Virus record (IMG/VR): IMGVR_UViG_3300030117_007612
Coordinates: 96,001-160,000 of that record
Length of the DNA stretch: 64,000 nt
Reading direction: 5' to 3' (one strand)
DNA from: a virus
Lineage: Duplodnaviria; Caudoviricetes
In this document: piece after piece, positions 38,132 through 46,447 of the stretch
How the letters are laid out: every line of letters starts with the position of its first letter
Numbering within the stretch: position 1 is the first letter of the stretch
Translations under genes and position numbers: made by a program
Notes under the pieces: generated by a model
Database searches by the model: none
Told to the model about the DNA's origin: nothing
Seen by the model: only the letters and a program-made list of their open reading frames with translations

Positions 38132-41100
38132 ATGTCAGTAAAAAGCTTTAAATTTGTTTCGCCGGGGGTGTTCATTAATGAAATTGACAACTCATTCATT
38201 CCTAGAACGCCAGACGTCATAGGCCCAGTTGTTATTGGAAGATCTGCCCACGGACAAGCACTTAGACCTATAAAGGTCGACTCTTTCTCTGATTTTGTTC
38301 AAAATTTTGGATATCCCATCGCCGGCGGTCGCGGCATGGATGTTTCTCGTCATGGGAACGACATTGGGCCCACTTATGGGCCAATGGCCGCACAAGCATA
38401 TTTGGACGCTAAAGTTGGCCCCGTTACTTTCGTTAGGCTTCTCGGGGCACAGCACGATGATGCCACCAGCACAGGATTGGCCGGATGGAACACTGCCAAT
38501 TTAAACACTACCTTGGCTGACAATGGTGGAGCTTACGGATTACTTGTGGTTCCGTCTGCATCGATTGGAACGGCCGTAAAGGGTACATTGGCTGCAGTAT
38601 GGTACTTGAAAGAAGGATATACTCTCACTTTGAGTGGGACCTTGAGGGGCTATGGCCCAGATTACTCTGGTCCTCGCTTCGATGGTGATGGGCGCCTACT
38701 GGCCGACTTCGACGGCGCCGCCGCACTTTTTGGAAGCACTAGCTCTTCTTTGGATGGTGACTATAATTCGTTTACCGCACACATTCAAAATGCCGCCGGC
38801 GCCACAATACACAAAACGAGTTTTAACCTCAATCCGAACAGTGAGAAATTTATACGTAAAAGATTTAATACAAACCCACAATTGACAAATGCGACAATCA
38901 CTCCATCTGCAAATCGTGAGTATTACTGGCTTGGGGAAACTTACGAAAGAAGCTTAAACAAGTTAAACCTAACAGGCTCCTCATATGGCGCAATTGTCGC
39001 CATTCAGTCTGGCTCCGCTAAAACCGGCATGCAAGATATGAAGATGGGCTACAAAAACGCTACGGCCGGCTGGTTTATTGGACAAGATCTTGAAAGTGAT
39101 GTTGGTAGTTTCTGCGTTGCAACCCCACTGCGCGCCCCCAAGTTGTTCAAATTTCATGGTCTTGAAAATGGCGAATGGCTGCACAAAAATGCGAAAATAT
39201 CAATCGAAAGAATTAAAAAATCTACATCAAAAAACGATAAGTATGGCAGCTTCTCGGTTGTCTTGAGATCACTCAGGGACAACGACAATGCTGTTAAAGT
39301 TTTGGAAAGATTTGATCAATGTAATTTAAACCCTGCATCGCCTAATTTTATTTCTAGAAAAATCGGAGATCAGTACTACACTTGGAGCGAAGGAGAGAGA
39401 AGGCTGCGCTTGCAAGGTGATTATCCAAATCAGTCTAGGTATTTTAGAGTTGAAGTTGACGAAGCCATTGCTGAAGGTGGAAAAGATCCGCTTTATCTGC
39501 CATTCGGCTTTTATGGTCCACCTAAATTCAGAGACTTTATGTTTGTAAGTGGAACTAATGTGCCACACAACCAAGCCTACACTGCCAGTGCAGATGGGAC
39601 TTTTGGTTCACTTATAGGTGGTGATGATGTAGGCAAGTCCGCATTTGTCACGGCTGGATCAAGCATTCCCAGAAGTCTTGTTGGAACTGCAGCTCACGCC
39701 TCTAGCAGTTTCCCATTCCCAAAGAGTGGTGCTCACACTGGCTCGGCAGCCATGGGTAACAACCCCAAGCCAAACACCGCCGCATTTATTCACACCGGTC
39801 GCTTTGATCTTACAGGAACAATTGAGTTTCCAGAAATTCCTTTGCGCGTTAGTGCTTCTGATGCGACTATGGGAGATCTAAGAGATTCGTACTTTGGTTT
39901 CCAAGCCAGCAAGGACAGATATAGCACAGAATTCGACCCGAGTATCCCAGACATCCTGAGAACCCTTCCGGCTGATGTTACTTCAACTTCACCGGGCGTC
40001 GTGGCCAATTCAGTCATATTCACGTTGGATGATATTAGAAGGACCGGCTCGGATGGTTATTGGGTTTCAGGCTCCCGCTTGAACAATCTTTCCGTAACTG
40101 CCCAAAGTGGCTCATATGAGGGTGTACTGGATGCAGGTTACGATAAGTTCACAGCACCATTCTTTGGCGGATATGACGGCTTCGATGTTTCCGAAGCGGA
40201 GCCTCTTAGAAACAGCCAATGGAGCATATCTTCAAACAATCTAAATAGCTATGCTTTCAACACAGTTAAGAGAGCCATTGACACTGTTGCCGATCCAGAA
40301 TTCATCGAAATGAATCTTGCAACCGTTCCCGGCTTAACTAATGCTCAGCTTACAACACACCTTATGAATGTGTGTGAAGATCGCGGTGACGCACTGGCAA
40401 TAATTGATATTGAAAACGTATACACTGCCGACACTGAAGGCACCGAAAGCATAACAGAGAGAAAAGGAACAGTATCACAAGCTATCACTAGCTTGAGAAA
40501 CAGAGGAATAAACAACAGTTACGGATGCACGTTCTACCCATGGGTTCAGATCAAAGAGCAAGCTTCAGGTAGAATTCTGTGGACGCCTCCTTCTGTGGCC
40601 ATGCTGGGTGTTTTCGCTAGCTCGGAAGCAAAATCAGAACTTTGGTTCTCGCCAGCCGGCTTTAACAGAGGCAGCCTTTCAGACGGCGCCGCAGGATTGC
40701 CAGTCTTATCCGTGTCGGAAAGACTGACTTCCGAAGATCGCGATACTCTTTATGAAGCAAACATTAATCCGATTGCGACATTCCCAGACACTGGAATTGT
40801 GGTGTTCGGACAGAAAACTTTGCAGTCAGAGCAATCGGCACTTGACAGAATCAACGTCAGAAGACTTGCGATTTACCTTAAAAAGCAAATTTCCAGAATG
40901 GCCACCCGCATCTTATTCGATCAAAATGTTGAAGCCACGTGGAACAGGTTTAAAGCAGCAGTCGAGCCGCTCTTGTCAAACACCAAGGCCAGATTTGGAA
41001 TTTCGGAATATCGCCTAATTTTAGACGATTCGACGACAACACCAGATTTGATTGATCAGAATATCTTGTACGCTAAGATAATGATCAAGCCCGCGCGCTC

Positions 41101-41161
41101 AATTGAATTTATTGCAATTGACTTTGTCGTTGCTTCAACGGGTGCATCATTTGATGATTAA
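38132..41161 (+). CDS. tail sheath protein 1 (gp18-like)
   Basis: FVSPGVFINEID, SELWFSPAGFNRG, NINPIATFP..GIVVFGQKTLQ...SALDRINVRRL, PARSIEFIAIDF. Confidence 0.94.
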   Translation: MSVKSFKFVSPGVFINEIDNSFIPRTPDVIGPVVIGRSAHGQALRPIKVDSFSDFVQNFGYPIAGGRGMDVSRHGNDIGPTYGPMAAQAYLDAKVGPVTFVRLLGAQHDDATSTGLAGWNTANLNTTLADNGGAYGLLVVPSASIGTAVKGTLAAVWYLKEGYTLTLSGTLRGYGPDYSGPRFDGDGRLLADFDGAAALFGSTSSSLDGDYNSFTAHIQNAAGATIHKTSFNLNPNSEKFIRKRFNTNPQLTNATITPSANREYYWLGETYERSLNKLNLTGSSYGAIVAIQSGSAKTGMQDMKMGYKNATAGWFIGQDLESDVGSFCVATPLRAPKLFKFHGLENGEWLHKNAKISIERIKKSTSKNDKYGSFSVVLRSLRDNDNAVKVLERFDQCNLNPASPNFISRKIGDQYYTWSEGERRLRLQGDYPNQSRYFRVEVDEAIAEGGKDPLYLPFGFYGPPKFRDFMFVSGTNVPHNQAYTASADGTFGSLIGGDDVGKSAFVTAGSSIPRSLVGTAAHASSSFPFPKSGAHTGSAAMGNNPKPNTAAFIHTGRFDLTGTIEFPEIPLRVSASDATMGDLRDSYFGFQASKDRYSTEFDPSIPDILRTLPADVTSTSPGVVANSVIFTLDDIRRTGSDGYWVSGSRLNNLSVTAQSGSYEGVLDAGYDKFTAPFFGGYDGFDVSEAEPLRNSQWSISSNNLNSYAFNTVKRAIDTVADPEFIEMNLATVPGLTNAQLTTHLMNVCEDRGDALAIIDIENVYTADTEGTESITERKGTVSQAITSLRNRGINNSYGCTFYPWVQIKEQASGRILWTPPSVAMLGVFASSEAKSELWFSPAGFNRGSLSDGAAGLPVLSVSERLTSEDRDTLYEANINPIATFPDTGIVVFGQKTLQSEQSALDRINVRRLAIYLKKQISRMATRILFDQNVEATWNRFKAAVEPLLSNTKARFGISEYRLILDDSTTTPDLIDQNILYAKIMIKPARSIEFIAIDFVVASTGASFDD

Positions 41162-41208
41162 TCGAGGAACTTGAAAGAATGGCATTTTATTCAACAGCAG
41201 AGAACAAA

Positions 41209-41244
41209 ACGCTTTTCAAGCTTCGAAATACTATTTACACATGT
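41209..41244 (+). promoter_or_regulatory. sheath-2 upstream element with late promoter ACTATTTA (41230..41237)
   Basis: Copy of the element upstream of sheath 1. Confidence 0.6.
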
Positions 41245-41288
41245 CACAGAACAAACAAAAACATGAATAACAGAAAGGAATCATAAGT

Positions 41289-44261
41289 ATGTCAGTAAAG
41301 AATTTCAAATTCGTCTCGCCGGGAGTCTTTATCAATGAAATTGATAACTCTTTTATTCCCAGAACAGCAGATGTAATTGGACCAGTTGTTATAGGTAGAT
41401 CTGAACGAGGTCAAGGCCTTCGACCAGTAAAGGTAGATTCTTTTTCTCAATTTGTAGAGAATTTTGGATATCCAATTGCCGGCGGCGCTGGGGACGACGT
41501 CTCTAGACAGGGAAATTATATCGGCCCAACCTATGGCCCGTTTGCGGCTCAAGCATATTTAAGGTCAAATGTTGGCCCTGTTACTTTTGTCAGGCTTCTG
41601 GGATCCCAGCACGACGATTATGAATCATCTGCCGGCGAGGCTGGATGGAAACTGGCGGACGCGTCCACAGCTGCAGCAAGCAACGGTGGCGCATATGGTT
41701 TGTTGGTCATTCCTTCGGCGTCGACGACCACTGTTTGCACCGGTACTTTGGCTGCCGTTTGGTACCTGAAGCAAGGGTACAATATTGTTTTATCGGGCAG
41801 CATTAGAGGGCACAACACCGGCTCAGCCTCAACCCTTACGGGCTCTGCTGCTTGGTTCCACTCGGATACAGATGCGCTTGATACCGACAACAACACGTTT
41901 ACGGTAATAGTCCAAGATAGCACTGCCGATACCCCGGGCCAGATTATTAAGACAAATTTCAATTTTAATGATAACAGCGAAAAGTTTATTCGTAAAAGAT
42001 TTAATACAAACCCACAATTAACGAACACAACGATTACAGCAACAGATAATCAAGAAAAATACTGGCTTGGTGAGACATATGAAAACCAAGTCAGAAAACT
42101 TGGACTTTCAGGCTCAATGTTGGGTGCAATTGTGGCAATTCAATCAGGATCGTACGGATACCACACAAATCAACAAAGTTATCAAAATGCAGTCGCTGGT
42201 TGGTTTATTGGACAAGACCTTACCACCGATTACGCAACATTTAACCCAAACAACAACAGCCGCGCACCACAGCTTTTTAGATTGCACGGATTAGAGAATG
42301 GAGAGTGGTTACACAAAAATGTTAAAGTTTCAATTGAAAGAATTAAGAGATCGACTAGCAAAAACGACAGATTCGGTTCATTCTCGGTCGTTCTCAGAAA
42401 CATTAGAGACAACGATAACGCTGTAAAGATAATTGAAAGATTCGATAACTGCAACTTGGATCCGTCTTCTCCAAATTATGTCGCAAGAAAAATTGGAGAT
42501 CAATACTACACTTGGAACGAAGGGGAGAGAAGATTACGCCTGCAGGGTGACTTTAAGAACCAATCTAAATTTGTTCGCGTTGAAGTTGCTAATTCTGTAG
42601 CAGAAGGATCTGTAGATCCGGTCTATCTGCCATTTGGCTATTATGGACCACCCAAGCCTAGAGATTTCTTGTTGATGAGTGGTAACGTTGCCGCCCACGC
42701 AGTAGGGTTTCCAGCATATGATGCATCAGGCTCGTACCCGGGAACTTTCTTAGAAATGCCGGGCGTTCCACAAGGCACTGGTTACCACTTTATAAAGGGT
42801 CAAGGCGAAATTGCTGAAGCTGATTACGATCAAATTAAGAATGTCACGACCACAAAAACATATCCCGGCGTTGCTGGCATCCCTCACCTTGTTAATCCAT
42901 TTAACTTAAGAATTACTGCATCGATTAACTTCCCTGCAGCACAATTAAGAGTAAGTGCATCTGATGCCACTATGGGATCTTTAAGGAAAGCATATTTTGG
43001 ATTCCAAACAGGCCGCAACCGATTCAGCACCGCATATGACCAGAGCACCCCCGAGGCGCTTAGAGCCTTGCCGGCCGGCCTAACAGCCACATCGACCGGT
43101 ATGGAGTATTCACATACATTTACGCTCGATGATATCGTTAGAAAGGGCAACGATGCTGAATATGCTTCTGGCTCTAGAGTTGCAGGAACGTCTTGCACGG
43201 CTGTTTCAAGTTCTTATGAAGGTATTCTCGATGCAGGATATGACAAGTTTACAGCGCCATTTGCCGGCGGCTTTGATGGTTTCGATATTACCGAAGCAGA
43301 GCCGCTTAGAAACAGTGGCTTTAGTACGACCACCACGCAAACCAACAACTATGCTTTTAACACAATCAAGAGAGCAATTGATACCGTGGCGGATCCAGAG
43401 TTCGTAGAGATGAATCTGGCCACCGTTCCCGGCTTAACTAACGCCCAGCTTACAACACATCTGATGAACGTATGTGAAGATCGCGGCGATGCATTAGCGG
43501 TTATTGACATCGAGAATGTATATACTGCTGACACCGAGGGCACTGAGAGTATAACAGAAAGAAAAGGTACAGTATCCAATGCTGTTTCGACACTGAGAGC
43601 CAGAAGCCTAGATAGCAGCTATGGTTGCACATTCTACCCGTGGGTTCAAATTAAAGATGAAACGTCCGGACGAATATTCTGGGTACCACCATCTGTTCCG
43701 ATGCTTGGTGTTTTTGCCAGTTCGGAGGCAAAATCAGAACTTTGGTTCGCACCAGCAGGATTCAATAGAGGCGGCTTAAGCCAAGGCGCCGCAGGCCTAC
43801 CGGTACTGTCAGTTTCCGATAGGTTGACGTCAAAAGATAGAGATAAGCTTTATGAAGCAAATATTAATCCAATTGCGTCTTTCCCATCAAATGGAATTGT
43901 AGTATTTGGACAGAAAACCCTACAAGACACTCAATCTGCACTTGATCGCATTAATGTGAGAAGGCTTACAATTTATCTCAAGAAACAGATTTCCAGAATG
44001 GCAACAAGGGTTCTTTTTGACCAAAATGTTGAAGCCACGTGGAATAGATTTATTGCATTAGTCGAGCCGTTCCTTGCGAACACTAAGGCTAGATTTGGAA
44101 TTTCGGAATACCGACTTATACTTGATGAGTCTACTACCACACCAGACCTGATTGATCAAAACATTTTGTATGCCAAAATAATGATTAAGCCGACAAGGGC
44201 TATCGAATTTATTGCAATCGACTTCGTCGTTGCTTCAACAGGCGCATCATTTGATGATTAA
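41289..44261 (+). CDS. tail sheath protein 2 (gp18-like), tandem paralog
   Basis: Same sheath motifs; identical C-terminal IEFIAIDFVVASTGASFDD. Confidence 0.94.
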   Translation: MSVKNFKFVSPGVFINEIDNSFIPRTADVIGPVVIGRSERGQGLRPVKVDSFSQFVENFGYPIAGGAGDDVSRQGNYIGPTYGPFAAQAYLRSNVGPVTFVRLLGSQHDDYESSAGEAGWKLADASTAAASNGGAYGLLVIPSASTTTVCTGTLAAVWYLKQGYNIVLSGSIRGHNTGSASTLTGSAAWFHSDTDALDTDNNTFTVIVQDSTADTPGQIIKTNFNFNDNSEKFIRKRFNTNPQLTNTTITATDNQEKYWLGETYENQVRKLGLSGSMLGAIVAIQSGSYGYHTNQQSYQNAVAGWFIGQDLTTDYATFNPNNNSRAPQLFRLHGLENGEWLHKNVKVSIERIKRSTSKNDRFGSFSVVLRNIRDNDNAVKIIERFDNCNLDPSSPNYVARKIGDQYYTWNEGERRLRLQGDFKNQSKFVRVEVANSVAEGSVDPVYLPFGYYGPPKPRDFLLMSGNVAAHAVGFPAYDASGSYPGTFLEMPGVPQGTGYHFIKGQGEIAEADYDQIKNVTTTKTYPGVAGIPHLVNPFNLRITASINFPAAQLRVSASDATMGSLRKAYFGFQTGRNRFSTAYDQSTPEALRALPAGLTATSTGMEYSHTFTLDDIVRKGNDAEYASGSRVAGTSCTAVSSSYEGILDAGYDKFTAPFAGGFDGFDITEAEPLRNSGFSTTTTQTNNYAFNTIKRAIDTVADPEFVEMNLATVPGLTNAQLTTHLMNVCEDRGDALAVIDIENVYTADTEGTESITERKGTVSNAVSTLRARSLDSSYGCTFYPWVQIKDETSGRIFWVPPSVPMLGVFASSEAKSELWFAPAGFNRGGLSQGAAGLPVLSVSDRLTSKDRDKLYEANINPIASFPSNGIVVFGQKTLQDTQSALDRINVRRLTIYLKKQISRMATRVLFDQNVEATWNRFIALVEPFLANTKARFGISEYRLILDESTTTPDLIDQNILYAKIMIKPTRAIEFIAIDFVVASTGASFDD

Positions 44262-44292
44262 TAAATAAGAGGGGTCTTTTTCCTCTTGCAAC

Positions 44293-44300
44293 ACTACTTA
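44293..44300 (+). promoter_or_regulatory. putative late promoter ACTACTTA
   Basis: Upstream of tail tube. Confidence 0.55.
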
Positions 44301-44324
44301 TTTTAGAAAGGAGTTACAAACATA

Positions 44325-44930
44325 ATGGCATTTTGGGCAGAAAATTTCGGAGACGACGCTAGCCTTAGAGATCCGAAAAGAAATTTTAGATTTAAGGTTG
44401 AGTTTTCGAACGTAGACAGTAAGACGGGAGGTCCTATACTTTGGTTCGCAAAGTCGGTTAATAAGCCGAGTTTTACGGTCGCTAATGCGGAACATAAGTA
44501 CCTAAACCACACCTTCTATTATCCCGGTTCAGTTACTTGGAACGAGATTACAATTGAATTGGTCGATCCGGTCGATCCAGACGTTGCCGCTACCATTAGC
44601 TCAATCGTGCAGGAGTCTGGCTATTCGCCCCCTTCCGATGTTAACTCTCTTGGTACCATGTCAAAAGCCGGCGCCGCATCTTCGCTTGGACAAGTTTTTG
44701 TTTCCCAGATTGACGGTACTGGACAAACTATTGAAAAATGGACCCTTTGGAATGCTTGGGTTCAAGATGTGAAATATGGCGACTTAGAATATGGAAACGA
44801 TGAGTTAACAAATATTTCTGTTGTGTTAAGATATGATTGGGCGCGCCTTGAGACCAACACTGCTGGTTCTGTTACAGCCGGCGGAACAGGCGTTAACAAC
44901 TTCTTTACTCCTGACGGAAGCTCCGTTTAA
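44325..44930 (+). CDS. tail tube protein (gp19-like)
   Basis: PKRNFRF.V, YYPG.V.WN.ITI, W.L.NAW...V..GDL.Y..DE; follows the sheaths. Confidence 0.88.
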   Translation: MAFWAENFGDDASLRDPKRNFRFKVEFSNVDSKTGGPILWFAKSVNKPSFTVANAEHKYLNHTFYYPGSVTWNEITIELVDPVDPDVAATISSIVQESGYSPPSDVNSLGTMSKAGAASSLGQVFVSQIDGTGQTIEKWTLWNAWVQDVKYGDLEYGNDELTNISVVLRYDWARLETNTAGSVTAGGTGVNNFFTPDGSSV

Positions 44931-44957
44931 TATGACTAACAAATTGAGAGGTGAAAT

Positions 44958-45815
44958 TTGAGTCGAAATAACCCCGAACGCTTGGGTGCCAACATGCAAG
45001 ACGCGGGAGCAGCACCCCCGAACGTTCAACAAGAAACAGAAAGTACCTTTTCTTATGTAGTTCCAACTGAATTTGTAGAATTGCCATCGAAAGGTAAACA
45101 TTATCCTCCCGGCCACCCGCTACATGGGCAGCAGCACATTGAGGTGCGACATATGACCGCAAAAGAGGAAGATATTTTAACATCTAGAACTTTGCTCAAG
45201 CAAGGTGTCGCTTTGGATCGTGTTTTGAGCAATATAATTGTAAATAAGCAAATCAACATAGACAGCATGCTGATTGGTGATAAAAATGCCATGATAGTAG
45301 CAGCCAGAGTTTCTGCATACGGCAGCGACTACAGAACGGCGGTTACATGCCCTGCCTGCTCAGAAACAACAAAATATTCGTTCAATTTGAACCAATGCGA
45401 TATTTTTGAGGGAGACCCCGATAATCCACTGGCAGTACAGCCAACAGAAAATGGAACGTTCTTACTTCAGCTTCCAACCACTGGAGTTACAGTTGAGTTT
45501 AGGCTTCTTACTGGGATGGACGAGAAACGTCTCGTCAAGGGCACCGAAATGGATCGCAAGTCAAAAAGAGGCGAAAAAAACGTGACACGACAATTAAAAC
45601 AATTTGTGGTATCTGTCAACGGCAGCAACAACCCTGCTGATGTAAACGGTTTTATTGAGAATATGCCATCCATGGACGCAAGACAAATTCGCTTGGCATA
45701 TAAATTGACAGCTCCAAATGTTGATTTAACACAAAATTTCGTTTGTCCGTCCTGCGATCATGAACAGGAAATGGAGGTTCCGTTAACCGCGGACTTTTTT
45801 TGGCCTGACCGATGA
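44958..45815 (+). CDS. tail/baseplate hub assembly chaperone (T4 gp26-like)
   Basis: VELPSKG..YP, MTAKEEDIL, CPAC and CPSC Zn pairs, ends ADFFWPDR. Confidence 0.75.
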   Translation: MSRNNPERLGANMQDAGAAPPNVQQETESTFSYVVPTEFVELPSKGKHYPPGHPLHGQQHIEVRHMTAKEEDILTSRTLLKQGVALDRVLSNIIVNKQINIDSMLIGDKNAMIVAARVSAYGSDYRTAVTCPACSETTKYSFNLNQCDIFEGDPDNPLAVQPTENGTFLLQLPTTGVTVEFRLLTGMDEKRLVKGTEMDRKSKRGEKNVTRQLKQFVVSVNGSNNPADVNGFIENMPSMDARQIRLAYKLTAPNVDLTQNFVCPSCDHEQEMEVPLTADFFWPDR

Positions 45816-45819
45816 TTAT

Positions 45820-46035
45820 ATGCTCAATGTTTATGAGCAATTCTTTTTCCTAAAATATTCAGGAGGCTGGAGCTTTTCAGAAGCCTACAATTTACCAATT
45901 GGGCTGAGAAAGTGGTTTGTAGAAAGACTACTAAAACAGCTAGAAGATGAAAAGAAGGCAATTGAAGGAGCTTCGTCCGGACGCGGCCGCCAAACGTATA
46001 CTTTGTCGCCCGAGAATCAACCAAAAATGCCATGA
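45820..46035 (+). CDS. tail chaperone C-terminal extension (probable frameshift product)
   Basis: FLKYSGGWSFSEAYNLPIGLRKWF; frame is open from 45787 through the T7 run. Confidence 0.65.
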   Translation: MLNVYEQFFFLKYSGGWSFSEAYNLPIGLRKWFVERLLKQLEDEKKAIEGASSGRGRQTYTLSPENQPKMP

Positions 46036-46039
46036 CAAT

Positions 46040-46066
46040 AAAACCCTGAAGTGTTCAGGGTTTTTT
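46040..46066 (+). terminator. intrinsic terminator
   Basis: AAAACCCTGAA-gtg-TTCAGGGTTTTTT. Confidence 0.8.
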
Positions 46067-46078
46067 ATTACAGTTTAA

Positions 46079-46086
46079 ACTAATTA
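46079..46086 (+). promoter_or_regulatory. putative late promoter ACTAATTA
   Basis: Between the terminator and the gene at 46111. Confidence 0.55.
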
Positions 46087-46110
46087 CTACTGATTCAGGA
46101 GAATTTTAAT

Positions 46111-46437
46111 ATGTCGGATGATTTGCAACCCATTATTATCGATTTTAACGAGTGCTCGAATGACACCTTAAACGAAAGTTTTTTAAAAATGTTTGGGTTT
46201 GCTGTCAAGAGTATTCTTAAGTACATGTTCAATGATTCCCCGATCCCTGTAAAAATTAAGGGCCACCCCACTCAGGTTAAATCGTTCGTAAACGCTCTTG
46301 CGCAAGAAAAAAGATATTTGGATTCCTACAAGCAGTTTGGACTAGACGATCCAAGAACTCTCCAAGATAAGTCAATTCTAACCCAATCAGTTAGAAAATT
46401 TGAAAGAGCAACGGGGCTAAAGTGGCCCTTTAAATAG
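46111..46437 (+). CDS. hypothetical protein upstream of tape measure
   Basis: 108 aa, SD AGGAG, contains LNES. Confidence 0.65.
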   Translation: MSDDLQPIIIDFNECSNDTLNESFLKMFGFAVKSILKYMFNDSPIPVKIKGHPTQVKSFVNALAQEKRYLDSYKQFGLDDPRTLQDKSILTQSVRKFERATGLKWPFK

Positions 46438-46447
46438 GAGCTAGTAA

